A DNA stretch of 55,620 bases, filler included, from Sluysia triapertura (lineage: Eukaryota), in NCBI GenBank assembly GCA_046118255.1. It is 4 parts of 4 records of this genome, joined end to end, with 100 filler letters (N's around TTAATTAATTAA, not from the genome) between each part and the next. Parts side by side here need not be neighbours in the genome. Positions count along the whole stretch, not along the records: positions 16,626 to 33,186 come from JBJNIA010201264.1; positions 33,287 to 44,431 come from JBJNIA010188300.1; 2 more parts are not named here. One strand, written 5' to 3'. Below the pieces are notes generated by a model. That model was not told the DNA's origin, searched no databases, and saw nothing but the letters and a program-made list of their open reading frames with translations. Below, one piece after another: positions 24,661 to 37,695 of the stretch; the first letter of the stretch is position 1, and every line of letters begins with the position of its first letter. Position numbers and translations under genes: made by a program.

Positions 24661-26479
24661 TATTTTCTTTAATTAGTAAATTATTTTGTTGTTTTTAATT
24701 TGATTTAATTTTAGGAAGAATAATTATTGTTATTAGTAAGTAAAAAAATTGTTGATAATTGAAATTTGAATGTAGTGGGTACATAAACGATTGATTTATT
24801 TTTGTAGTTAATTAAATTAATATCTATTTAATTTAAATAATATTTTGAAAGACAACCCAACAGAAAAAATTTCAACACAACACTTGAGACAACGTTTACG
24901 AGATAAAAAGAAAATCCATGATGATAGTAACTTTTTTGTTTATTTTATAATTCAAAATAGCTTAACATTTTTATTTATTTTATAGTGTTATTTAATTAAA
25001 ATATAAATATAATTTGTTGAATAATTTTTATTTGATTTTAATAGATTTTTTAGAGAGACTCCTTGCCCGGATTATTTTGAATTGTCTTGAATTATATACT
25101 TAATTATTATTTTAAGTTTGAATTTTTAATAATTAACTTTTAGCTAGTGATTTTAATGGAATTGTGGGAGACTCCCTACCAAATTTATATTTTTATAGTT
25201 TTTTTGGTTATTACGTTAAAATAAAGATATTTGACAAGACAGAAATATAATTGTTATCGACTTTTAATTTTTGTAGATAATGGTATTTTAATTTTGCTTA
25301 TTGTTGCGTTACCTCTGGTTTCCTTTATAACATATTATTGCGTGCTTAATATCGATAATAAACAGATCTACTGTTGATTTTAAGATTTAATCATTTTTAC
25401 TTAATTTACTCATGTTCTTATATTTGATTTTTTTGTAGTTAATATAGTATTGATTTGTTGTTTTTAATTTGAAAAAATAAATAATTTTTGTGTTAATTTA
25501 ATTATTAAGTTCTTGTTAATAATTTTGATTTTAGGCGCAAAATCTTTAAAGCAGTAAGATTAGAATTAAGGTTATCATTAACTTATCAAGTTGTAGTAAC
25601 CGGACCCTGCCAAAAATATTTTGCCGTAGGTTAAGTGTTAGAAAAACCACAACATAAAAGATAACCTAACATTTTCATGATTGATAATATTAATCCAATA
25701 TAATTAACTGAAACAAATAATGAAAATAAGCATTTTTCAGTTTCATCTATGCAAGAATCAGGATATTATTTAAAAACAATTTAAATTCAGAGTTAATCTT
25801 AATTTGTATTTTCACGTTTCTTCATGTTAACTTATTGATATGTCATGAGTTGTGTAGAATATTGATGAAATTATATTCTTCTCAGATTTTATAATTACTA
25901 TGTAGGAAATAATAAAATGTTAATAAAATCATGAATTATTAATTAAGAAAGGTCAGTTTATAAAAATTAATTGTTATATCAATTTAGATATTTATTTTTA
26001 AAAAAATATTTTATAATTAATATTTAAAATTTGTTAAAGATATAAAAAACATAAGTATTTTTGCTTAATTTTAAAAGAGCCACTATGTGTTAATTAATAT
26101 AAATATCATTTTAATAAAAACTATTCAAGATATATATGTAACAAGAATTTCTTTTAATCAATCAAAATTCATGGTAAAAAACGCTTAAATCGTTTGAATA
26201 ATTTATGAATTGAATTTTATTTGAAATCGAACTAACAGTGCTTTAGGAAATAATTAAATCTATCAAAATGTAAGTTTAGCTTTAATGTTTAATTTTAATT
26301 ATTAATTAATTTTATTTATGTTTGTTATTTATATTCAGTTTAAACTTTATTATCATAATAGTATTATTATCATAATATCATTTTTTTACAATAAAGTAAA
26401 ACATTGAAGCACATAATTTTTAACTATCACAAAGAACTTTAAAAGTTATATTTTCAATTTGTGTAAGTTTGAATTTATA

Positions 26480-27110
26480 CTTCAAAATCTCGATTAGTAA
26501 TTCTATTTTTGCTAAACTATTAGTTATTCAACCATTCAAATATATCTTAAAACTTTTATTTAAGTCTGATATTTTATAACTTCTATCATTTTTAAAATTT
26601 TTATTAATTTTCAATTATTTACAATAAATTGAATTCAACAATAGATGTATCTATGTCCAACAATCATTTCATATCATTGTATCAAGTCAATTGTTTTTTA
26701 TATTTGGAATTTTAAAATAATTTGAATGTTTACGTCTGGTTCGAATAATTTTAAATTTAGAATATTTAAAAAATTTTGATTTAAACTTAAATGAAGAACT
26801 GAATTTTAGCAACTAATTCGATTTTTTAAGTTAACATTACAATTTATGATTTTTGAAAAAAAATATTTGAAAAAAGCATTTTCCATTTCTTAATCCACAT
26901 TTTCCATTTTTAGCAAGACCATATCACTTGTTTATTTGTAAATTTTCAACATTTTTTAAAATTGGCTAATAATTATCGCTAATAAATCATTGACTCAAAA
27001 AATATAATTGATCAAAGTAAAGATATAGACGAAAATATTTTTTAAAATCAAACAATAAAAAAGTTCAAAATATCTATTCGACATTCATATAACTAAATAC
27101 GAAAGTTGTA
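26480..27110. pseudogene. Leucine-rich-repeat-like relics
   Basis: Minus strand VLHLSLNQNFLNIL (26760-26799) and FSKNRIT; plus strand SIRHSYN*IRKL (~27073-27108). Such motifs can arise by chance in AT-rich DNA. Confidence 0.35.
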
Positions 27111-29809
27111 TTTTTTTCATATTTGACATTTCTTTATTCACCATTTCAACCTTGATACAAGAACCTGAACTAGATTATAATATTCAACTATTGCTTTATA
27201 CTTTTTTATACTTTTCTTTATACTGTTTAGGTGCCACCATTTCAAACAATTAACCAATCATCCATTATGTTAAGTATTCTTAGATCTTAAGTATTTAAAT
27301 TTTACTATTAAATTCTTCGACGTTTTCAAAGTTTCAAGTGGAATTTTGATTTCGACTTGACACAGCTTTCCGGATCAAGTTTTGAAGAAATTTGTAAATC
27401 GATTGTGTCTTTTCTTTTTTAACATTTTTAATTGTAAAGTATTATCGATTAAATGGAACACCAGATTTCTACCTAAAAGTTGTAAAATCACTGTAAAACG
27501 CTCAATTCGAATGAATCAAAAAATAATGAAGTTGGAGCTAATTGGACAAATTGTAAAATTGATCAAATACCAATTGTTTGGTCGTAATTATTGTTTTAAG
27601 TCGATATATTTGAACAAGATGAAATTAATTTTGAGGTTGTTTTCAATAAATAAATAAATAAGAAAAATTACAATGGGTGTATGTTATAATTTTAGTAAAT
27701 ACAAATGATAAAAATAGTAAATAATAAATACAATTTGCTTAAATTGAAAAAACACAATTAACAATAATAACGAAGGGAGACGACAAAAACAGAATAGTAA
27801 TATGATAAGAATAAATGTTTTACATTATTATAACAATATTAAATTTTTGATTGTAGTTGTTTGTAAATGTTAATGTAAGTATTATCGTTATTATTATGAT
27901 TGTGAAAATTTGTTGATTTTTAGTAACTGTGTTAGGTTGATAATTATCTTTTGGGATTGAATTCGCCGCATAGACATTGTCTTTTTAATACAAATGTTAT
28001 TTCTGTTGATTAATTCTGGATAATGATCGATCATAATAACTTGATCTCCTTGTAACTGATTATTTTATAGTTTATTAAGTATCTCGAAATGAAATGTATT
28101 TTCAAAGTTTTACCAAACACAAATCAATCTACCTTTTTTACGATATTATATTAACTTTTTATCAATATTCCATCTAATGTTTATAAATGTGCAACCATTC
28201 TTTTATGAATTTCAAATATAACATTCTCCCTGTGATACTTTCTTCACCAATATCGGAAAAACTACGCAATACAATTTTTTCAATTTCCACTGTATTGAAA
28301 TGTTAAAAAATTAAATTAATCTAAGTAAAAAAATAATTTATTTTCGTAATGGGTTCATATGTAATTTAAATATTACATAGAGGACAACTTAATAATATCA
28401 TTAAATTGTTAAAATTTATTCTTATTTTCTTTTTTTTATCTCATTAAGTAAGGTTCCTTTAGATTTGGGATCATTTGGAACTTAATTATCATTTGACAAT
28501 TGATTATCTTAGACTATTATCACAATGAATATAATGTTTCAGATCTTTCAGATAAATATAAAATTCGAATACGAATTTGATAAATTACAATAGATTAAGT
28601 GGGTTTGTATTTTTAACAATTTAATTCAATTAGAAAAAGGCTGTAAAAATTAATTAATCACAAATGTCAATTTTAAAACTTGATTTATAATAAAAATTAA
28701 AATAAATCTTAATATGAAAATTGGGAATATAAAATCAGTTAAAATATAAATACAATATAATAAATCATATTATAACATAATATTATAAAATATAATATTT
28801 TGAGATGATACTTTCCAAAACATTAAAATATGGTTTCAAAAGGAGCAGCCTAAACATTCTTAAATTCAGAAAGAAATAAATAAAACAAAGCACGGAGTGA
28901 AATTTGTTGCACTTAATTATTAATTAAAGAAGGCTATGGATTAAGCAGAAGCATTACAAGAATGACAAAAACAAACTAATATAAATCAATAAACTACTAA
29001 ATAAATTATAATGTGGCTTAAAACAAATGTTGTAGAAGAAAATTATATTGACTCTAATATAATAACTTGCACTAAATTATCCATATAATAGAAATTAATT
29101 ATAGGAAAAAATTAAATGTAAAATTATTAATAAAGAATGGAATTCGAAAAAGGATATATAAATTTTTGTGCTAATAAATATTGAGTTTCAAGGAGAGGGA
29201 TTTGAGACTAAATTTAACTACTAAGATTTGTATTTCTATTTCTACCAATGTAAATCAATTTAATAAAATAAAATTTTAAAAGTTCATAATTTTTACGACA
29301 ATTTGAATAATAGTAATACAATGACAAAATATTAAAATTTGAATAAAGTTAATAAAATAATATTTAAAAGAGATATAAACTTATATATTGCAAAATATAA
29401 TATTAAAATGTAATAAATGCAATAAATTTATTATTATATCATTGTAATACTTTTGGAAAAAATTTTCAAATTTTTATGGACTTTAAGCCATTCAACACTT
29501 AAGCAGTCAGGAAGATAGCAAAATTTTTGTGATTTTCCATTTTAAACAATGACCATTAGTAAATTATGTTCTTCTGAACATTTAACAAAGCAATTTATAA
29601 CAATTAAACAAAGATATTTTAAATACATTGTATGTGAGAATAGTTAAAATATGGCGAATTAACTAATTTAACCTCCTATTTAAAATGCCATCTTTTAAGA
29701 TAATTTATGATTTATGAAATATTTTTATAAATTTAAAACATTTTAATCTTACTTTAAATTTATAAATAATTTGAGCTGTTAAAAATAATTTTGTAGAATA
29801 TGGTAGACT

Positions 29810-29811
<2 letters not shown>

Positions 29812-29860
<49 letters not shown>

Positions 29861-29885
29861 TAAATTATTATTATTATTACTATTA
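29812..29885. repeat. (ATT)n microsatellite
   Basis: About 15 perfect ATT units plus a degenerate extension. Confidence 0.95.
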
Positions 29886-32800
29886 AAAGAAAATATCGAA
29901 TTTTAAATTATTTGGTTCATTTTTATATTTGAAGTACTTTATATATTATCACATGACATTATTAATATTCTTAGTCAATGAAACGTAATATAAATAATAA
30001 AAATTGATTTTTAAATATTGATATATGGTGTATATTGTTATTTGACATAAATTGGTAATTAATTTTGTTGTTAATATCAAAGAAACAATAACTTATTCTT
30101 TTGTTTGAATATAATTTAGATTTAATAAATCACTGTTAGAAAACTTTGTCTACGATAATGAAATAATTTTGAGCTATTAATAAAGATATATTTCATTATT
30201 TTAAATATTAAATATTAAGTATTATTAAAATACGATTTAAAATACAATTTTTAAAGTGAGTGCAGAAGCACTTAAAATAGCAACTACTGTAAGAAAAGTT
30301 GAAATTACGATAGTACTTTTTATTTAAATTGCAAAAGTTACATTTGGCGTATATAAGAATGGAGATTTCATTATTTATTTTTAATTTTAATATCAATAAT
30401 TAATCTCGATTATTAAAATTGAATAGTTACTAATTTATCAAGAAATCAAGTATGTTACGAATCATTTGCAAATTAAAAAGCATTAAAAAACAGAAAACAT
30501 ATGTAACCTATAAATCCTAAATGACGAACAAATTTCTAATACATTTTTTTACAAGTTATTTCGTTAAAACCAATGATATACTAACATAATACTTTGTTCT
30601 TCTGGCATATTATAATTAATCAATCTCAAATTTTTACTGCTTTATTGATTTTAATTACGTTATTGATTAAAATATAAAGTAAATACTTCGTGCAAGCTAT
30701 TTAGGTCAATTACTAAGAATTCACATTTATTATGTTTTAATATGGTTGAAATTTAAAAAAAAATTTAAAAAACGTTAAGTGATTTTATAAATAATCAATT
30801 TTAAGTATTATTAATTTAATTTAATTTAGTTAATCTGACGATACGGATTTGTAACTATATATATTTATATGCATATCTTTCACGCTTGATAAAAGTTTTA
30901 TAGTATGTATTAAAATATGCTAAATGAAATTATTAGTAAAACTTTTTAAATATAACTGAAACATAACTATTTAAGTTTTAAATTCCATTTTTAATTAAAT
31001 AAAAATATTAAAACAAAATTGATTTTTAAATTTAATTAATTAGTAATTGTTATTTACGAATTTATACTTTTTAGAAATAAAGTTATAACTATATAAGTTT
31101 TAAATTATAATAATTAAATATGATAAATGTGCATTTTCGATCTATTTAATTTTACTAACAAAAACTCAGCTGGGATGCTTAATATAGTTTTTAATGATAA
31201 TTTAAATAATATACAAGCTGACAATAACTGCCGTTTGACACATCGGAGAAATCTTGCTGATTTTCTCCTGGTATCAATTATAACGGTTTCAAATGTAAAA
31301 CATTAAATGAATGGATACTAAGTTATTTATAAAAATTATGAAGATGATTCATTTTTTAAATCGCTTTCTTTTGGTTCAGTGGGTAATAAATTGGAATAAA
31401 AAGTTTCCAAAAAATTGTAGTTAATGTTGCTTGTCAAATTTGAACCCAACTAATTATTACATTTCAAAGATTAATTTCTTCAAGATAGAGTATTGAAAGT
31501 GTGTTAAAAATGCATTTAACAAAGTATTATAAATTAGATGGTATAAATACATTAATATATTTTGATTAAATAATTAGCTTCAGATTGTAAAAATTTATTT
31601 CACATCCTACAACTTTTTGGATTATCGTAAAAGTAATGACGAATCAAGTTTTATTATTTTAATTATAATATCAAATAAGTAACTTTAAATTAATGTTGCA
31701 GTTGAGTTGAATCAAAGTAAAACGTTTAATTAAATCTAAAACATTTCAGTAAACTTAAAATAAAAGTACAACAAAAAATCTAAAAATATCTTAGTTATTT
31801 CAATTAAACAATGACTTAAAATAAACAATAAATGAAATAAATAAAAATGGAACAAGTCCAAACAATATTACGAATCAAAGGATAGCACAAGAATAATGAA
31901 ATGGAAATAAATTCAAGTCTACGAATAACTGACAAGTAAATGAATACGAATGTATATGTAAATTGGAGTATAAGGAAATAAATATTAAACTAGAAAACTA
32001 AGAAATTGATTTAATATAACAATAACACATAATCAAGTCAATCAACTATAGAATAATTGTTTTTGAATTGAACTAATATTTTATAATATAGTGTAAAAAG
32101 AGTAACTGAAATTGAAAATAAAAGTTATTTAAATTATAGTGGGATAATTACTACACGTACCACGACCAATCAAATGACCTTTTTTAGTTTTTACTTTAAA
32201 ATATATTATGAAATTGTATTGTGTTTTACCATTTTATAATTTTATACATAAACAAATAAATTTACATTATTAAAAATAATTATGTCATAATAAATATGAT
32301 GACCAGTGATGGTATGAATAGGTATACATCAAACCTTGGTACGTTTAGTGTTACAGGGTTATGCATTAATATAAAAGTTCAAAATATATTTAAAATTCAA
32401 ATTTAAAATAATCCAATAATATATTTAAAATATAATTTCGATTTGAAACAGCTAAAGAATCCTTCTATTGGGTTAAGCTGAGTGGAATATGATGGAAGGA
32501 ATTTGTAAGCTACGTTTTTCTCTTCTATGATGAAATTAACATTATCCATTATGTATTTCATAAATTTAAATACATTATACATTAAAAATTATTAATCATA
32601 CATATAGCTACAATTTTATCTGAAATGCGGCTATCTGCTATTTTGAAAATAATTATTAGTGTAACGCTCTTATCAAAATTGATTGAAAAGCCGTTTAAAA
32701 GTTTTTCTGTTGTAAGTTTTGCTTCAAAATAATTTTAATTTAGAGAGTTCGGCTTATAGTCCACGGCTTATAATATTCAGGAAGCTTGTGTGGAATCTTG

Positions 32801-33109
32801 ACAATTAATTTTAAACTTAATAAAGGGTCTATATGCTCGATATGTAATTATAAACTCTATGCAATTGATGTATGAAATTTGTGTAATCAAATTATTGCAT
32901 AATTTTTAATTTATTGTGAATAATTTTAAATATATTAATGTATAAATCTATAAGATGTGTATTTGCGTAATTATCTTATTAATAATTAAGTTTATTATCA
33001 AGCTTATTATAGAGCATTGTTTACTATTCGATTGTCAAACTGTTAACTTTATTCATAGTTACATCAAATAAATAAACAATAAACAATATTAATTGTTATA
33101 GAGTAATAT

Positions 33110-33186
33110 TAATAATAATATATTAATTTATATTGCGCTCATATCTACCGCGAAAGTACTCAAAAGCGCTTATGGTAAATCATTCA
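33110..33186 (-). mobile_element. 3' tail of an L2/CR1-group LINE or its partner SINE
   Basis: Minus strand TAAGCGCTTTTGAGTAC...ATGAGCGCAATATAAATTAATATATTATTATT resembles the L2-type 3' stem-loop (AAGCGCTTTGAG...AGCGCTATATAAAT) plus (ATT)n tail. It runs into the assembly gap. Confidence 0.65.
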
Positions 33187-33286
33187 NNNNNNNNNNNNNN
33201 NNNNNNNNNNNNNNNNNNNNNNNNNNNNNNTTAATTAATTAANNNNNNNNNNNNNNNNNNNNNNNNNNNNNNNNNNNNNNNNNNNN
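33187..33286. other. Artificial assembly spacer
   Basis: 44 N + TTAATTAATTAA + 44 N. Confidence 0.98.
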
Positions 33287-33429
33287 AGCATTTTCAGCTT
33301 GATGCATTCTATTATTACTTTATTAATTTTAAGATTTAGTATGTATATTTTGCTTCTAATTTGCATGCCTGTTGTTTATGACGATTGTAGGTTATTAATT
33401 TAGAACAATATATTGAATGTTTTGTAACT

Positions 33430-34435
33430 TAATGGCTACAAGAAGCGTAACATGGCACTCTATATTGGCGGTGCCAGTAAACTTCCTCACAATGTACTGC
33501 TAACAAATCTTCAAGTTGCACAGCATTTCTTGCACATGAAAAAAAGAAAGAATGATTCAAATAAAGACAAATACAGTCTGTGGAACAAAGCTTCCATTCC
33601 AATGATGCATTACCCATCTGTAATAAATGTGTGGAAGCAATGATTTCAAAAGGTTCAGAACTGTCTCGTTCTAAGTCAAGTTCAACGCGTCAGTCTAACT
33701 TTCTAGCCACTTTGGACTCATGGTTTGATATAGCTGCATGTAAGTGGTGTACGTCTTATGATAATTCTACAAAACAAGTAAACGTATCTTATCATTGTCC
33801 TAGAAATTTGAAAGTTCCACCAGATGAACCAGTTGTTTTTATATGATCAAAGAAACTTTCGCAAAATGTTTATTGCAAATATAGACTTCCAAGCAACAAC
33901 TACATTGCAGAAGCGTTTACAACGGAAAACTAAAGAAGAAACAGGATGTAAAATGTCAAGAAAATTTTCAGATGCTGAGAGTAACTCAAATCTTAGTAAA
34001 GAACAATCTAGTAATAGTTGTGCAGGTGATCAAAGTGTTGTAGAGGAAAGCGATGACGAGGTACTTCATGATAGTGATGATAAATCCGGTTGTAGTGATG
34101 ATGTAGCTGAAAGTCAGATGCTAATACCCCTTTCAAATTTTGCAAAAGAAGCAGACAGATATGGTATATCATAGAAATCTGCAGCATCTCTAGCAGTAGC
34201 AGTGCTTATCGATGTTGGCTTCATAACCAAGCAGAATCAAAGCTTTGTGATAGACAAGAATAAAGTACATCATGAGAGGTTGAAGTTAAGAAAGGGTTTG
34301 CAATGTGATATGCGACAGTCACCAAAAGCTATCACAAGTATTTACTTTGATGGTAGACGAGACACAACTTTGGTCAAAGTAAACAGAAATGGCAAGTGGT
34401 ATGGTGACACTGCTGTTGAAGATCATTATGAAGTA
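33430..34435 (+). mobile_element. Decayed, 3'-truncated Sola2-like DNA transposase gene
   Basis: Consecutive frames give WFDIAACK...CPRNLKVPPDE, FLYDQRNFRKMFIANID, ADRYGIS*KSAASLAVAVLIDVG...VIDKNKVHHER and SIYFDGRRDTT...EDHY, matching the YFDGRKDxT transposase family. Homology stops after the first catalytic Asp. The Sola2 label is recalled from memory. Confidence 0.8.
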
Positions 34436-36099
34436 GCTATCTGGTTGTGGTTTTGATTCATTGCCTCGTTTTGATTCAAAACAAGATTACTGTGATAACT
34501 TTTTGCTGTAACTATTTGTTAGAAAAAGACATACCTATATTCTGTGAGTAATTATCATTGCTTGACTGTTTATATTTGAAAACAATATTGATTTACGTTA
34601 GGTATGTCTCATTATTTGATAAGTCTGCTATGGTTGTCGTTACCATTAAAGCGAGTATTTTATAAATTAAAAATGGAGCACTTACATGTGCCCAGAAATA
34701 ATTTCTGTGATTTTCTTTTATTTTACATGCAAGCGCAAAGTTTTCCTGAGTTCCGTGACAAAGTTTTATTTTCAACTCACCCTAATATATATATATACGA
34801 AGAAAATTATTGGTCTTTACATTAATAGTTATAATTATAAATTGTTACTATATTAAGAAAATAAAATTCTTGATATAGAAAATATTAATTTGATTAGATT
34901 TTAAAGCTAGATTATCCTAACTTGAAAAATGACAGTAATTTAAATGCATTTTGAGATTAACTAAGACGACAACTTAAAGATAAAACTTACGAGTAAAATA
35001 AAGACAAAAGCTTTCGAAGGAGACACCAAATGTCGTTTGCCTGATTATTGGGAAACTGATTCTTTAGCCTTGTAGAAAATTACTGTGCACAAAAGGTTTT
35101 TAATTACTGTAAACCCAATCTCTCGAACTTGAATTTTAATTTTTTGTATTTGAATATGTTCCCCGATAATAATCCCAAGAATATTAGTATGGTTAATAAT
35201 TAAATTTTTTATCATTAATATGATATAATATTAATATTAATATTGGTAATATTAGTCAATCCAAATTACAGATTTATTATGTTTTTATTATTCTTGTAAA
35301 ACATTTATTATTTTATTAAGCTTTTTATTACTGTTTTATTATTATTATTTTAAAATAATATTATTAATAATTATTATTATTTACAATTACAATTATAAAC
35401 ATAATTTGTAATTTGGATTACCTGAGGTTTTAATTTAAAATAGTTTTGTGTTTAAATATGAATTTGTATATCAAATTTGAATATTTCATTTTTAATAAAA
35501 TTTAAAAAATTTAATTCATTGAATTTAAAACAAAATAACTTCGAAATAGAAAGGAATAAATGTGAGCATTCTCTGTAAATCGTTGAATAATTTAACATGA
35601 AATAGTCCGTTGTATGAAACCATTTTGAAATTATGTTCTTCAACTTCAATCCAGTTTGGTTGATCTATTGTAAAAGATATCTGCAAATAATGAAAAGATT
35701 ACTTTTAAATTTATATGAATACTGTACAAAGTGATCACTTCAGGAATCAAACTTTTTGTTATCCACATATATATGTTATTAAAATATTAACTCCTTAAGC
35801 GATTATTCCGATATTTTCAAGGGTTACAGTAAACAACAAAGATAAACAGTAATGACTACTTGTATTCTGTGTTGATAAAAAAGATCAATGTTTATATTTT
35901 AAGAAATTTCGAATTTACGTTTATTTACATATTTGTTACCATTGTCTTTTATATATAGGATTTTTCGATTTATAACAATTTTCGCATAAGTAACGTAAAC
36001 CTTGCAATCAATTAAGTAATATAAATATTTGAAAAATAAAAATACTGAATTAGTTAGTGGAGAAGATTATAAAACAACTATTAAAGAAATAAAATCAGC

Positions 36100-36320
36100 A
36101 TGTACATTAAAAATGTACAAGATCCTATTTTTGTAATTGATAATGCATCATTATCGAGAATTAAAAGATTATAATATTTCGAGACTTAATTTAAAATACT
36201 TGCTACCTTATTCTCCTTTATTTCTGTTTCGAAAATTAAAAAGGTTAATTTCTGATAAATTTGGAGAAATAACTCCAGAACATTCTAGTGTATTTTATAG
36301 GAAAATAAACCTGTAAGCAG
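36100..36320 (+). mobile_element. IS630/Tc1-type DDE transposase fragment
   Basis: DPIFVIDNAS and NLKYLLPYSPLF correspond to the conserved VMDNAxxH and YLPPYSPxLNPIE motifs. Confidence 0.65.
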
Positions 36321-36324
36321 AGAA

Positions 36325-36811
36325 ATAATCCCACTGTCGTGCCCAAATTATTAAACCAAATTATTTGGTTTTCTTAATAATTGCTACATTGGCCTTGGAA
36401 ACTCTCCAAACATAAATACCATACAAAATCTGTTGGAAATTGTCAAAAGGAGAGTTTCTACCCATAAACCAACCATCAGGACGGAACCAAAACAATGGTA
36501 TGGCATCACGATGACGAGATCAAAGACTTGTGCCACAAGCTAATCCTTGCATGCCTTTAAGGATTAGAAAATTTTTGGATAACAAAAGAGGGCAAAAAAA
36601 GTACTGATACAACAGTTTGATTTGTAGTAAATTGTGTAATCATTCTACATGAATAAAATTTCTGTATGTGTTTTTATCTATTATTATTTTGGATAAAGTA
36701 GTTATTTTCCAACATTTTACATGTATTTATACACTTTTGATTAATAGTTTCATAGTATCCTTGAATTTTATCACAAAAATGGTTTTTAGTCAAATAATTT
36801 GGCCGACACCG
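36325..36811 (+). mobile_element. 3' part of a Tc1-like transposon with one terminal inverted repeat
   Basis: HWP/GNSPNINTIQNLLEIVKRRVSTHKP corresponds to WPGNSPDLNPIENLW, with a C-terminal RGQKK-KY* end. Terminus ...AATTTGGCCGACACCG|TA at 36811-36813 (reverse complement TACGGTGTCGGCCAAA). Confidence 0.8.
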
Positions 36812-37695
36812 TAAAATAAAAAGTTTGTATTTGTTATTCTCTATTTTTTAAAATTTTTTTAAACTAATCCAATATTTTTATTTTTCAAATATTTATATTT
36901 ATTTAATTGATTGCAAAGTTTACGTTACTCATGCAAAATTTAAGTAATAGATCGAAAAACTATATACTTATATAGAATATAGGGTTTCACTTCAACTTTC
37001 TACATTTTTGCTTAAAATATGAAATTTTTATGTAGACAAAAGTAAGTTCAAGAAGTAAAAATGTTTCATTTAAGGATGATTTAAATATTTAATACAAATT
37101 TTGACTTTGACAAAAATTTAAAACTAAAAATTATTAAATTTTTAAATTATTTAAATTATTAAAATTTCAAAATTATTAAATGTAAACAAAAATAGTACGA
37201 AATGCATTTTAAATAAATATAAAAACTAGAAAGGTAGCAAAAAAAGAAAGTATTTCATTTAAAACTTCAATAGAAATACAAAATGAAGCTTTTTGGAATA
37301 ATATAATAATGACAAGAACTGTTTATATAAATACCATTTATAATTTATAAAATTCCACTCTTGATCGTCTAAGTACAATAAAACAGTGTAATGAACACCA
37401 AAGATATTAAAAAATTCATATTTTTGTGAATTTAATAAATATATTTTTGCTTTTTATTCTATAGATATTCAATTTAATTTTGTATACAGTATAGCTTGCA
37501 AAATTATTTAAATTGTTTTTAATGGAGATGCTTTCTGAAATATAAATAAAAATTACAAATAGATAATAGATTATTATAGATGATACAAATGAATGATATA
37601 TCGCAAAAATTACTTTATTTTTATCCATATTTATGTATACTTTCGTATCCATATAGAATTATCGTCATTGTTATTTTTTTATATTAAAAATTTAC

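Noticed and set aside
32748-32785. CGGCTTATAGTCCACGGCTTATA, resembling a Tc2/pogo subterminal repeat
   Set aside because: No matching opposite end or terminus found; too short to support a feature.
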